Shown here: positions 1-12,856 of the stretch, piece by piece
Layout of the letters: every line of letters starts with the position of its first letter
How positions within the stretch are numbered: the first letter of the stretch is position 1
DNA from: Lophium mytilinum
Lineage: Eukaryota
Reading direction: 5' to 3'
NCBI GenBank assembly: GCA_010093605.1
Contig: MU004187.1
Span: 868,001-932,000 of the forward strand
Length of the DNA: 64,000 bases
The notes under the pieces: model-generated
The model's database searches: none
Told to the model about the DNA's origin: nothing
What the model saw: the letters and a program-made list of their open reading frames with translations, nothing else
Made by a program: the position numbers and the translations under genes

Positions 1-271
1 CGGTCGGGGAAAAGCTGGTCCAACTCTACTATGCCGTCCTCCACATCTTGTTCTTTAGTTCCGCACGCTCGATAGCTGTGTAAGAGGTAGCCCAGCTAGC
101 GACGAGCGATTTAGCCCCAAGGTAGTCTAATCTCCACAGCTGTAACATTGACACTGTACCGTCCTTAAAGAGGTTGCAGGTGCCAACAAGCTGGACACTA
201 CCATGAGTGATGGCATTATTGTCAGGTAGCTGGTTGGCCAAAATGTAGGCCGATTTCCGGGCTCTGTGATA

Positions 272-3200
272 TTACTCTAACCAAGCCTGTGCCCATCCAA
301 CTGCCAGCGCAGCTAAAGTCATCATCCACCCAGCGACTCCGAAGGCCCCTTGTACGTCATTGTCCTTCTTGCAAACCCACACGACCGCGAAGACTACGCT
401 CCCAAGCATGAAGAACGTCATGACCAGCGTCCAGACGCGGTCTGCGTGGAAACCCTCGACGAGGTTGATGCCCCAGCCAACGCCAAAGTCAAGGCGAGCG
501 CGGCGCTTAGGCGAGCGGAGGTACGTTATCAGTTCGCCATCGTAGTCTTCGGGGTGCTTGAACAGATGCAATAGGTATTTACTGCCGACCGGCGGCACGA
601 GGTCAACGGGCTCGAAGTCATAGTCGGACTTTTGGGATGGCATATCAGGACATTTACGGATGTCTGCAAAGCGGTTTCGGTGTACTTCGAACTGAACGAG
701 GGGGTGTTAGCAACGGCCCAGCCAGAGGGTCATGCAGTCTTGGGAAGCTATAACCACTTGCCTGTACGAAGTCAATTGTGGTCAATCCCCGCAATTTCAG
801 AACTCTGAACAGTTTCCTATTCAAGTTCCCATAATGCTCTCTGAGAGCTAGGGCTAGGTCTTTGTCTGATTTGATCCGAGCAGGGTTGACGTCGAGATGT
901 ACAACCTTCGGCGTATATCTGCCTTCATTGGCACACGTCAGAAGCCATTGGGGGTCAGGATAAGATGCAATTCGAACGCTGAAGGGGTTGTTGCTCCGCA
1001 GCATCGTGGGGCTGTATCTTGACGAGTCTCCTTGACCCCAGGATTGGGAGCCGCCATAAGTAGACTGAGGAGTCGCCAGTGTGGATGCCGTACTTGATGT
1101 GCTTGTTGGAGTATATAACGTCGCTTATTTTCCGGTCCCCCTAATCTTAGGCGGGGCGTGCTTTTTCATCCAACAGGTTATGAGCCCGGTTGCCCCCGGA
1201 TGGTCCACTTGGTTAGCACACCAGACTACACCCATGACTAGCCAGCGCGAACACCAACTTACGGGTTCGACACGCACACAATGGCATCTTGGGAGTCTTT
1301 TACCAGGACTAATTTCCAATTTTCCGCAACTGCATGGAAAACTCGTCCCGCCTACACAAAAATCAATATTCCAAAGGGAAAAAATTACTCCCTACCCTCC
1401 TAGGAGGAATAAGCATAACTCTATGCATAAATATTATAATATTATACATCTCTCGGTGCGCTTTTGCATCTTTCTACTAATCAATCAACCCCAATTATTA
1501 AGCTACAACGCTTTTTGCCACCTGAAACCTTCTCACAGCTCTATTACGGGGCGTGTTGGAGTATATAACGTCGCTTATTTTCCGGTCCCCCTAATCTTAG
1601 GCGGGGCGTGCTTTTTCATCCAACAGTGCTGAAGACGCTAGACATAGTGGAGCCGGTGCTGCTCCTTCCTGGAGTACCCGGAGTGTGTGTTCGTGGCCGG
1701 TTGAGAAAGGCTTCTAGCAATCGTGCAGCGCCTCTGCGTTTCTCGATGAAATCGTCATACAACTGCTCTCCACAAGACTGAAACCCAAGTTAGTTCGAGG
1801 ATTCAAGATTGGAAGCAAAACTGCAACTTACGCAAGTCCATCTTACACGTACATGATCCCGTGGAACGGGACGCTCACTGCCGTACGTATCTTGCAGGAA
1901 ATTTATGCCCTCAAACAACTTGGAAGACAATGCGGAAGAGGCAAGAGAAACAAAAGTCATGACTGGACTCCGGGACTGGTTTGGTGGCTGTCGGACCTCG
2001 AGATCCGGTGGAAGAGCTATCTCTCCCACGCCATCGTCGATCCCTGGTGGTTGTACATTCAATTGAATGCCAGGGTTCTCCACAGCATTGTCATCGGAAT
2101 CGTTGTCTTGCAACACTTTCTCGAGTGCCGCCCGCAGCTCTTGTGCGTCGTCCACATGAGGGTGGACAGGGGAGACCGTCCTTGGTGTGCGAGCTTGCTC
2201 GCGTCCTCTTAGTGAACCTTTTTCACTCTGTGCAGAGCGCGGAGTACGTTTGTTCGACAGAGTAGTCGGCGACGCATTTGCGGAGTGATGTCGCGGGACG
2301 TCCGAGGTTTGTAATCTTAAGCGTTTCTTGTCCTTTCGATTTGAAGAGGGTATTTCCAACGAGGGATGGCGAATGATGGTGCCTTTGGGGCTCCTATGAG
2401 AGGCCTGAATGGGGTGGTGCCATGTGCTGATGTCTGCCGGTGGCTCATCAAACGATTGGTCGCCGAAGGCATGCTGGCTATCGAGATCTTTGCTCTTTGC
2501 CTCACCTCGCAGTTGCTCAGCCCGCATAGGTGTAGTTGATGCCCAGCTCAGATTCCTTGGAGACCGGCGTTTCACAGACTTCTTGGCATGTGATCGATTT
2601 AGGGGACCGGCAGTGATTTTACTGCGTTCACTATGTTTGACTCGTGTGACCGGGCCAACGACAGATAGTCCTCTAGTTGGAGTGGGAACTACACTTGATA
2701 TTGAAGCGGAGCGTGTAGGCAGTCTCGATGCTACTGATGAAAACGGTTCTGTGTCGGTTGCGTCGTCGTCAACTTCCTCCCAAGAGCTGCTAGCCCGTCT
2801 GGCATCAGAGATCAATGTTTCGGCATCGCTGAAGGAGTCGTCCCCAATTGACAGCCGGCTTGAATTCACACTACGGGTCTGGGTAAGCCAACGGGGTACC
2901 GCAGAAAAAGCCTGAGGCGCGAGCTGAGGCATTGGTTGCGGACGGGCTCGGCCAGGTTTTCGAATGCCCATTTCGCCAGAGGAGCCAATCTCGAATACTT
3001 CTGTTTGCCCTGCAGGCATTGCGCCTATGTTCATTTGTGAGGCTTGCTGGTCTGATTCGACGTCGATAGCGTTTCCATGGAGCTCTACTTTAGGCGTGCT
3101 ATCGAGTTCAGGTATATCCACGCCTTGATGCGCCAGATGCACTTCAGCCACCTCGTTACTCTCAGAGCTCACGCCTTTCAAGAGCCGAATGACGAAGCCC

Positions 3201-3815
3201 TTCCCACTCTTCTTGATCCTAGCTTTGATATCCGAAAGTCGCTTCGGCTGGTTCGAGGACGTCGAGGCATTCCTATCCAGAGACACTCCCCAGTCAGGCA
3301 CAACCTTATTCAAGAAGTCGGAGGGTATAGCATCGAGATCAGACCAGCCCTGGCGCTCCTGAGGACTCGTGGGTGGGCTCGACTTCTGTGTCCGATAGAG
3401 CGATGATACATCGTAACCGAGCCCAGGCAGAGCTTGCGGGTTCAAGTATAGTTTCCGAGGTGGGGTGTTCCCAGTATTGCCTCCTACGACCGTATCCGAC
3501 CCATTGTTGCTTGCATTGATATTGACAACGAGCCTGAACTGGCCTGGGTTGCTCTTCTCTTCCTGAAGCGTGAGCGTGAACGGGACGCCGTCTTCCTTCT
3601 CGTTCGAAAGAGGCGCAGGATAAGATGCAGGGTCTTTCTCGAGGAAAGATCTAACAGCCTGGTGCGCAATGTCTACTTGCTCGTTCGCGGTGGAGGAAGG
3701 GCTCAAGGGGGACGTAAGAGTGGCCTGCAAACATCGAAGTCAGCAGTGTATACGAGGGCGTCTGAATGGGCTATAGAGGGGCGCATGCAAAGCTTCAAGG
3801 CTCAACACCTACCAT
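272..3815 (-). pseudogene. Fungal hypothetical protein with long low-complexity N-terminus and C-terminal TM hairpin; interrupted by a TRIM insertion in exon 3
   Basis: Inferred exons 3815-3813 (ATG), 3724-1832, 1777-762 (split by TRIM 1104-1625) and 691-272. Introns 3725-3812 (GTAGGT..CAG), 1778-1831 (GTAAGT..CTAAC..CAG) and 692-761 (GCAAGT..CTAAC..CAG). Splicing joins RVRWTC|SCGEQLYDDF and IDFVQ|FEVHRNRF. Removing the TRIM plus one TSD restores ...SSVFSTSSTAS in frame. With the insert, a TGA follows within 3 codons. The start exon is uncertain. Confidence 0.75.
1104..1625 (+). mobile_element. TRIM / non-autonomous copia-type LTR retroelement (522 bp)
   Basis: Identical 72-bp LTRs at 1104-1175 and 1554-1625 with TGTTGGA...TCCAACA inverted ends. 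5-bp TSD GTGCT (1099-1103, 1626-1630). PBS GGTTATGAGCCC directly after the 5' LTR. Short purine-rich tract (ACGGGGCG) before the 3' LTR. Confidence 0.95.
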
Positions 3816-4459
3816 AATGGCATAGCTAGAGCCCAAAGCATGAGGCACACCTGCAGATATCGCGATGTCGAACAGCAAAGGGCCAGCACTCCAGCCTCGT
3901 GGCGTGGTGCAGCCATTGCGTACTTATCGAATCTCCAGGCTGCAGTGTGCTACTAGGTCGAGTCTCTACTCAGCCACATGCGGGGACGAGCATTCGAAGC
4001 TTGGGGGCGGAGCAGCTGCATGATGACAGACAGGCATTGCTTTTTGGTGATAGCGCGGTGGTGTTTTGGCCGAGATCACGCTTCAGCATCATCAAACATC
4101 ATCAAGAACAATATTTGTTGAAAGAGAGCATTGAGCAAAATTGTGGCACGGAATGAAGGAATAAAGTAATGGGTGCCGCTTAGAGCTCTCTCATTGAAGA
4201 TTGATTCCATCACGTGACTGGTCGAGATCTTTCCATACGATAGCACAGCTCTCTTTCCACGCTCTTGATCCTATTACATCACTGTCTTGAGGTTCCTCGC
4301 TCTGCTTTTTGATAGTCTCAGGGAAGCCTCCCATACATCTACCTATCCGCAGCCACATCAGAAAAACGTTGAAAATCATGATTCACTCAACTCTAGCATA
4401 TTATCCAACCTGTGTGCTGAATCAATGATCCGCCTCTGCCCCTAAAAACCAGACAGACA

Positions 4460-5979
4460 TCAGCAATCCCAGCTAATGACCTTATTAACGTTCAAAAGCC
4501 CCTTTGGGTCCAACGCCTTCTTGATCGTTCTCATCACATGAATTCCACTCTCTCCTACCTCTTCCACTAGCAAATCTCTCAATTCCAGTCCCACTCCGTG
4601 CTCCCCAGTAATCGTCCCCTCCAGCCTTAGCGCTCTTCTCCTAACCTTGTTGAGTAATATCTCTGCTTCGTCTCTTTCTTTCTCAGCACATACAACCGCC
4701 GTATGCACATTTCCGTCCCCAATATGCCCCATCTGTCCACAGAAGAATCCAGCTCCTCTCATCTCCGTCTCCGTCTCCTCAATAAATTGCGCAAACTTAC
4801 TCACCGGAACAGCTGCATCTGCTGAGAGAAACAAGTCCGTCGGATCATTCTTCATACTCAGTAGGCTCCGCCCCAAAGCCTTCCTGGCCGCCCACAACGC
4901 CTCGACCTCTTCCACGTCCCCTGAAACCCTAAATTCCTTACACCCATTCTGGTAACAGTACTGCCTCGCTATCTCCGCCTCTTGCATCGGAACATCCCCT
5001 TTCCCTGCGAACTTAAGAAACAACGTGGGCTTCTCCTCCCAAACCACCCCAGGCATCGCCCGATTCGTCGCCTTCAACCCGTTCGCATCTACAAACTCCA
5101 CCGCCTCCCCAATCCCTTCATGCACGACTCCCAGCGCTGCCTTAACCGCGTCCCCGATATTCTCAAACACCGCAATCGCCACATGCACATTCTCGGGCAC
5201 CTTCGCCAGCTTCAACACCGCCTCCGTAACCAACCCCAGCGTACCCTCGGACCCAATAACCAACGACTTAAGATCATACCCCGCCACCGCCTTCCTCGGC
5301 CTGCCTCCAGTCTTCACAACCGTCCCATCCGCCAGCACAACCGTGAGCGACAGCACCCACGCCCGCATCGTGCCGTAGCGGTACGCGTTCGTGCCAGAGC
5401 AGGACATCGCAATCTGTAACCCCGAATCAGTCAGCATTCCCACAGTTTTTCAACCCCTTACCCCCTAACCCACCCCTTGTCCCGACCCCCAACCCCAAGA
5501 AACGCATCACTCACCATCCCCCCCACCCTCGCCCCGGGCGCCGGATCCACCGGAAAAAACAACCCCCTCCCCTCCCCCTGCTCCCTTGCTTTCAGAAACT
5601 CATTCAACTCCACCCACCCCACCCCCGGCTGCACCACGACATCCATATCCGCCGCATGCACCTCGATCACGCGGTCCATGCGCGAAAAATCCACACACAC
5701 GCCGCGCTGGCAGGCCGCGAGCGCGCCGACGAGGGAAGTCCCGCCCGCGAAGCCGGTCACGGGGACGGCGTGGGCGTCGCAGATGCGCAGGATGGCGCTG
5801 ACGTCGGCGGTGGAGCGGGGGTAGAGGATGGCCCAGGGGGTCGCGGAGGGGGGCGCGGGGGACCAGGGGGTGTGGGAGTGGGCGCGGAGGGTGGAGGGGG
5901 AGGTGGAGATGCCGGAGGGGGGGAGGAGGGAGTGGAAGGCTTGGAGGGCGAGGGGGTGGGGGGAGGGGGTTGTGGACAT
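4460..5979 (-). CDS. FAD-linked oxidase, D-lactate dehydrogenase (cytochrome)-like
   Basis: FAD-binding motifs (GGTSLVG, VQPGVGW, FFPVDPAPGARVGGM, SGTNAYRYGTMR, GYDL..L.IGSEGTLG) and C-terminal GHIGDGNVH and GTITGEHGVG. Intron 5414-5514. Confidence 0.92.
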
Positions 5980-6443
5980 GGTTGGGGAGGGTGTTAAGGG
6001 TGTTAGGGGTGGGGATTCAGGAACGAGGGAGGTTAGAGGTTGGTGTCTTGACGGTTTGTGGTGGGTGTATATGTATTAGTATTTGGAGGTACAAGGAGCT
6101 GCGTTTGGTATGGCGAGTGTGGTGTGGGGTAATATGCAGTGTGAGCTAGACGTGTGCTGTGATCGGCGGTCAGCATATTGTTGTAAGGTCTAATGCAGCT
6201 AGCTATCTAGCCAATGGCAAACCTGGTAGAGAAGGCTGATGAGGTCGACTTGATATCGTTTGAATTCCTTCAACACCGTTTCAACAATTCGGAGTGTAGT
6301 GTGAATGAATATATCAGCAGATCCGAGCCATGGCATCGGAAAGCTACAAATTACAGGAATTTGCTGTTCAAGAAGAGATAGATGAAACTCAAGCTCACGT
6401 ATTGCCTCTACGCTTTCGTCTATCGTCTACTTACGCCCCACCT

Positions 6444-8183
6444 CTATCCCTCACTCCACCTCACGAGCGTAATAGAAGTCGTATATACCATCGCACCCAG
6501 CCCGACCACCATCAAAAGCAGATCCCCACCCTTCTCAATCCTCGTCTCCGCCACACCCTTGTAATGCAAGAACGCCGGATAGATATAAACCAGCGGCACA
6601 CATGCAAACGACCCGATCAATGCCACGAACTTGTCCAGATCGTTCGCACCAGCCCCGGCAATGACACCGCAGAGCAACACGATAAGAGTCCGTAGCGCGT
6701 TCTTCTTCCACTTTGTCCAGCTATCGCGCTTGCCAGAGAGCCGACCGAAGAGCTTCCCCTCGATGATGCGCAACGCCGGGAAGAGTTGCACCGGCGTACC
6801 GACGAGGACGGCGAGAGCGTAGAGGAATTGGACCGCGTTGACGAGTTTGCTGGATTGCGGGAAGTTGGAGATGATTTCGGTGGAGGTGCGCTCGCCGAAG
6901 GTGCCGTAGCAGAGGAAGCCGACTGAGGTAAAGATTACGGTTATGATGGCCATGACGAGATAGAGTAGGCGGTCGAATTTCTCCGGCTGTCTCATGGAAG
7001 ACTGGATGGGGAGGATGAGGCCGATGCCTTCGAAGGTGAAGATCGCAGAGCCGACGGTGAGAGTGAAGTCTCGGGGGTTGAAGAGCTCGATGGTGCTGTT
7101 GAGCCCGCCTTCTGAGGCGATGGAGGAGATGTCGTACCAGTAGATGTAGGTCAAACCGATTAGAATGAAAACATCTGCCAGTAGAGCCGCCGGTCCCAGT
7201 TTTGAGATGTTCCGGATAAGCGATAACGGGATCAAAGTAACCAGTTGGAGTGCTATCAAAGCCGTGGTTGAAAGTGGAGTGGTGTCTTTTGGAGTGACAG
7301 CGTTTAGGAAGGAAAAGAGGTTCTCGGCCACAAAGATGATACCAGCGCAGACGAAACCAATTTGAGAGATGGCAATAGAAACGAGGACAAGCTTCCTGAA
7401 CTTCTTTCCCGCAATTGCTTCGCCGATATCTCCATATCCACCTCCGTAGCGTTTGCGACACTGAAGGAGGAGGTGGAAGCAGAGGCAAGACAGCAACGAT
7501 ACCGTCAACAGGACAATAGATGAGAACAGAATGCCACCGTTCTTGAAGGCTTTTGGCAGGAACATGATACCAGTTCCAACGAAAGCTTTCAGCAGCGTGA
7601 AGAAAGACTTGACAATCGAAGCATCTCCCTTCGGCTTGACCCGCGAGCTCTTGCGGTGTCCAAGAAGCGGGCGTCTCTCATCAGGCCGGCCCCCAGCTTC
7701 CTCCTCATCAGTTTCAAGCGCAGATTCATCTTCAGACTCCGCAAGATCTTCTCCAGCGAAACTTCCGTAAAGATCCAGAAACTCGACAAAGTTACTCGTC
7801 ACAGGCATAGTGACGCTGTTGAACCGACTGTGCTGCCGCTGCAGAAACTGCCGCCTGAATCCGCCAGGAGCTCGCTGTTCCTCGACCGGAGCTTGAACCG
7901 GGTTCGACTCATCAGTTCTCGGCGCAAACGCAAATGTTGCAGCGCGCTGGTGCAATCGAGCTCTTTTCGATCTGGCCTCAATCCTATACAGATCCCGATG
8001 GACATCTCCGCCCTGCAGTCTCAAAGAGGATTCTTGAGCAGATTGGGTCTTAGCATCGGCCTCACTTCCGGGAGAAGCTGGGGCACCGTCGAATTCGCCA
8101 TGGTAAGCTGGATCGAGATGTCTGGCGAGGATTTCGGCATCCCTCGCCTCTTGTTCCGCGTCCCGGGTTGGAGTGTCGGCCAT
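6444..8183 (-). CDS. Vacuolar amino-acid transporter AVT3/AVT4 family (Aa_trans)
   Basis: LRLQGGDVHRDLY, PGGFRRQFL, FLDLYGSFAGEDL, LLKAFVGTGIMFLPKAFKNGG, FTFEGIGLILPI and ~11 TM segments. First ATG at 8183 (MADTP). Confidence 0.93.
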   Translation of the reverse strand: MADTPTRDAEQEARDAEILARHLDPAYHGEFDGAPASPGSEADAKTQSAQESSLRLQGGDVHRDLYRIEARSKRARLHQRAATFAFAPRTDESNPVQAPVEEQRAPGGFRRQFLQRQHSRFNSVTMPVTSNFVEFLDLYGSFAGEDLAESEDESALETDEEEAGGRPDERRPLLGHRKSSRVKPKGDASIVKSFFTLLKAFVGTGIMFLPKAFKNGGILFSSIVLLTVSLLSCLCFHLLLQCRKRYGGGYGDIGEAIAGKKFRKLVLVSIAISQIGFVCAGIIFVAENLFSFLNAVTPKDTTPLSTTALIALQLVTLIPLSLIRNISKLGPAALLADVFILIGLTYIYWYDISSIASEGGLNSTIELFNPRDFTLTVGSAIFTFEGIGLILPIQSSMRQPEKFDRLLYLVMAIITVIFTSVGFLCYGTFGERTSTEIISNFPQSSKLVNAVQFLYALAVLVGTPVQLFPALRIIEGKLFGRLSGKRDSWTKWKKNALRTLIVLLCGVIAGAGANDLDKFVALIGSFACVPLVYIYPAFLHYKGVAETRIEKGGDLLLMVVGLGAMVYTTSITLVRWSEG

Positions 8184-9150
8184 AACGGGCTGTGGAGGTC
8201 GAGGGGTGTCTATTACGAGCAATTGTTATGAGAAGGAGTGTTCGAGGACTGTCCACGCTTCACCAGCATGCATAATGGAGCGGTGTTGTTGGAGAGTGAG
8301 CTTTCAACGATCTGCGGAAGGACGTTGAAAATCGTAATGCCAAGACATTGAAAACATGGGGTAACGTCACGTGGGTAATGATGTCAGTTTCCAAAATTCT
8401 GTCTTTTAATTATGCGTTTCAATATTCACTTGAGTAGGCCTTATGATGCTAGTGATAGTTTCCATTCATCTGAATCTATGTTTGCTTCATTGAGGGCGTT
8501 ACGAATCGGAAGACCTCGGTAGTTCACGAGGGGTGTTTGAACCTGTTGTGAACCCACGCATTAGAGCGATTCGTTGAGAGACAAACAGACATCTACAATA
8601 AATGCACATCCATATTACTCTCTAGTACGCAGACTCGCTAAAAGTATCTAACTCCTCCATCCAAACCCCACAGCCCATTAAACCACCCAACCCCACTATA
8701 CCGCATCCGGCAATTCAATCGATTGGTCCAAAGCCCATCACCATACCGCCATTCCTCTGCCCCAGCATCATGAACCACCCACAACCGTCACCAACTTCCC
8801 TATTTCTAAGCATCGCTCCCTAAAACACTCCTTTCATTGGTCGCGCATTACCGCATGCTCCCGTTTGAAAGCATTGGAAATATAGCAACAGCGAAACGCG
8901 AAGGTATTAGAAATGCAAAGACGATTCAGATCACAGTAACAGGTGCTACGAAAGCCCCAACCGCGGAACATCATCAGACTAGCGAGGTTACACTGATAAG
9001 GCGAAAGTATAAGAAGAGGGATGGGAGTACAAAACGGTTGCTCGACCATCACACAGATCGACTTCAGCACCTCGAACCCCACTCCTCTGTACCTGCATCT
9101 CTCAATCTGCCCCTCTATCCTCTTTCCACCAATCTTAACACACCGCAATA

Positions 9151-10350
9151 ATGGTCGACCAAACCCCCGACCCCGATACCATGTCCCGCCCCTTCCAGCT
9201 GACGGCCAGCATGCAACGCAGCGTGTATCCAGCCATCGACCCCACGAATCCCGCCCTCAGCGCAGCGGGGAAGGTTGTCGTGATTGTTGGTGCGGGCGGC
9301 GGGATTGGATATGTATGCTCCTGTCTTCTTCCCCTAGGCTTAGTTCTCGCAAACCACCCCTCTTCCCCTTCCCTAGCCATGCCCATTACAAGAGCCCTAA
9401 ATAGTGTACTCGTGACTGACAGTACCACACCAGGCCACCGCCCAATCCTGGTCCACCGCCGGCGCAGCCGGCATCGTCCTCGTCGGCCGCACCGCCGCAC
9501 GCCTCGAAGAGACAGCCGCGGAATTGAAGACGCCATCCCTCGTCGTCGCGGCTGATGTCTCCGACCCCGCCGGAGCTGGGTCCGTCTTCGAGAAAGCGGT
9601 TGCGAAGTTCGGGAAAGTAGATGCGTTGGTGTATGCAGCCGGCTACGCGGATTTCAACATGGTGACCGGGACGGTCGAGCCGGACGCATGGTGGGGGGAA
9701 GTTGTAAGTAGACCTCCTTTCCGCACTTATCCACGCAGTGAATTGATCAGAGCTATCATCGGTTGGCGTGAATGGATCAAATTGTAGCCGTACTAACGCC
9801 CTCGTAGACTAACAATCTTCGCGGCCGCTTCAACATGATCCACCACTTCATCAAGGCCACCAACGGCGCCGGCACGATCGTGAACCTCGTCAGCTTTGGT
9901 GCCATGTTTGTAGTGCCGGGCATGTCAGCGTACTCGACTGCGACGCTGGCGGCTATCAAGTTGGGGGAGTATTTGGATGTTGGTAAGTCTGCCGCCGCGA
10001 TAACCTCGCCTATCGTTGTTACTAGCCCCGCTGACGCGTTGATCAACACAGAACATCCCAACCTCCGCGTCTTCTCGGTCCATCCCGGTATCGTCGCAGC
10101 TGAAGGAGGGCGCGGGGCTGTCGCGGACCACTTCACGCCGTTTGCGAAGGACAAGCCGGCGCTGACGGGGGGACTGACGCTGTATTTGCAGACGCCGGCG
10201 GCGGAGCATTTGAAAGGCGGGTTTGTGAGTGCGAATTGGGATGTTACGGAGATGGAGAAGCATAAGGAGGAGATTGTAGAGGGGAAGTTGTTGAGATTGG
10301 GGTTTATCAATGCGAAATTGGGGCCTGGTGGGGTTGAATGGGCCAAGTAA
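9151..10350 (+). CDS. Short-chain dehydrogenase/reductase (spliced)
   Basis: VVIVGAGGGIG Rossmann motif, later MSAYSTATLA and FSVHPGIV. Introns start at 9313 (GTATGC), ~9704 (GTAAGT) and ~9983 (GTAAGT). The catalytic YxxxK reads YSTAT (K absent). Confidence 0.88.
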
Positions 10351-12856
10351 GGCATGGTTGGAAATAAGTCGTTGTTTTGAAGATGCGAAGAAGAGGGAGG
10401 TTCGTAGCGCTTTTATGTAGACGATAGGAATTGAGAAGAGTACTTAGCTATAACAACGTTACCTCCTGAGGAGTATTTTAAAGTCTGCGCAGTTTATAAT
10501 TTACTACTCATTGGGGAAATTAAGGATGGGGACGCTGAATTTGAAGGGTGTACAAGTCTCGAGGTCTACAATTCTCCAGTATTCTCGTCTACGATGCTTA
10601 CGTTGGAAAATGTGACCGCCTACCTGTACGAAGGTCTCTAACACCGACCCGAGTATTTAGGCTGTGTATGTCTGCTCGAGTCTCCAAGGTACCAAGAAGT
10701 CGTAGAACGTGGTATCTAGCCCGGATTGTGATATCGTCAACCAAGCGGGCGGACTCGAGCTACAGCAACCATCCCCGGCTACGCATCCACGGCATCCTGC
10801 AGGAACGCCATCGCGGGACTAGCACACGGAGTCTAGCATTCTAGCGGAAATCGCGCAATGAGTGCCCGTATCGCTAAAATCTTGGTAGAGGGATCTGAAG
10901 CTTGTTTCGTTGTCGTCAACGGCGGCGCGGCGGAATTCGGCACTTCCCCACTTCTCAGAATAGACTTGGACCATGAATCAAATCCTCGGTTTTGAAGAGA
11001 CAGGCCACCTCACGCTTCCAATTCCTGCAGTAGTTGACGTATGCAATGTGCAAGGGGAGGGTTGGGAGAAGGAGCGGGGGCCCGGTATGCATAAGAATTG
11101 TCGTTGATGCCATGACGGATCAACAACGACGCGTGTTTCCGGTCGGCTTTCCAGAACGAATCTAAACCTACAGACGCCGCAGAAGTACACATCAACGTCA
11201 TTACCGTCTCGACTGCGCGTCTGACATGTGCATCGAGGGCTCTAGGACAATGGAACACGACGATCCTGGTTGCGGTGGGTGCGATTGCGAGAGAGTGGTT
11301 CCTGGAGTGTTGCAGAAATGTGGAGATCGGGATGTGCACCGAAAAGCTTGTAGGGGCCAATTGGCTGCCTGTCAATAGTACATATGTAGTCCTGTGGACC
11401 ATCGCAGCTTGCTCCCACATTCCGATGCCGAAGGTTGGCCCGATATCGGTTCGGATGCTTGAGCGGACTGGTCGTGGAGTCGTTCCGTGGAGTGACTTCC
11501 ATGACGCCAAAAGACAGACGGAGGGGACAGCCGGCGTAGAGGTTCGCGCAAGAAGCGGGCAGTATGGCATGCCCTGTGTGGCGCACAAAAACCAATAGCA
11601 CGAGGTTCGGGCGGATAAAGCAACGCGCTAATGGGCTGCACGCTGCTGCAGGTGGGGGCAGGGAAGAAGCTCTGGACAGCTAGCGGAGAACCGCCGGCGC
11701 GCTGTACCGAGTCGAGGAGGTCGACGACGAAGGAGGCAGCCAGTGACAGCAGAGGGTGGCCAGTCGTCAGCTGGGATCCCCACGGCCACGGACGTTGGCG
11801 ATGCAGAAGAAGAGAACAAAACTGAGGGAGTTGGAAAGGAAGCGTGGAAAGGAGATGTGGCACAGATCACAGAGCCAGGGGGCCATGGGCTGCACGCAGT
11901 TCGGTTGGATGCCGGTGCCCGCAGGTCAGTGGGAGTTGCCACAGGAAAATCGTGAGTGGTGCGCGCCCGCTGCGGCCTCGAGCTGCAGCCTCCGGTCAGT
12001 GACTACACACGACTATCCAGAGTCTACTGCTGCGTGGTTTGTAACACGCAGCCCACGCTATTGCAGAGCACGAAGACCGCGTGCTCTCGGCGTGGCCAAT
12101 TTTAGTGTGGAAAGAGGTGCTATGCCCGGGCGTCACCGTCGCTGACCCGAGCGTCAGTCGCCGCTGCCCTCCCGCGATATGGACCTGTGGACCCTTGAAG
12201 CCGAGCGGGAGATAGATGAGACGGTGCGGCTAGAGGCATTCGCAGTGCTCTGAGGCCGCCGGCTTAGATGCTGAGCATATGGCTGCACAGTGACGGCCGG
12301 CATTGGATAAAAAAAAACAGACACTGACCAGGCATATCTATGTAGTCTCTCCTCGGAATGCAGACAATGACGAGACCTTCAGCACTATGCCTCCGCCTCG
12401 GTAGCGGCATCATCGGACCCTGGACGAGGTTTAGTTCACGGGCTCGCCCATCTGGCCTCCTGCTGGGCATCGTCGGCCCCCCTAGCCAGCAGCGCCCCCA
12501 GCACATCGGACCAGGGCTTTCTTCTGCATGCCCGGGGAGCTGTTGTGCTGCCCCGATAAGATGCCGTGGTGCGTTGCCAGGACCCCCAGCCTCGTGCTCT
12601 GCCTGCTACAACTGCTCGACTGCAGCTGTCCTCGCACCCCCCAGGCTCCACTATTCACTCCTGAAAGTCCCTCCTGACGGCCCTTCTGACGGCCCTCTCG
12701 TGCTGTCCGGGCGTGCAATTCACTGCTGCTCTCGTCGCCCGTGTCTGGGAGGCGTCGCGTCCTAGCCAATAATCGCCCGCTGCTGTCACCCTGCATCCCC
12801 TAAACTTTTGCTGCTTGGACCCTCTCCGCTGGTTGGTTGGTTGGTTCATTCATATT

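Noticed and set aside
1081..1632. 183-aa + strand ORF with the repeated peptide VGVYNVAYFPVPLILGGACFFIQQ
   Set aside because: The repeat is just the two TRIM LTRs read in the same frame; the GTG start lies in antisense host sequence.
8640..9150. ORFs upstream of the SDR
   Set aside because: Non-ATG or short, no homology cues; likely a divergent promoter region.
10500..12640. Several overlapping 100-190 aa ORFs
   Set aside because: No recognisable domain, splice pattern or codon bias; probably GC-rich intergenic/regulatory DNA.
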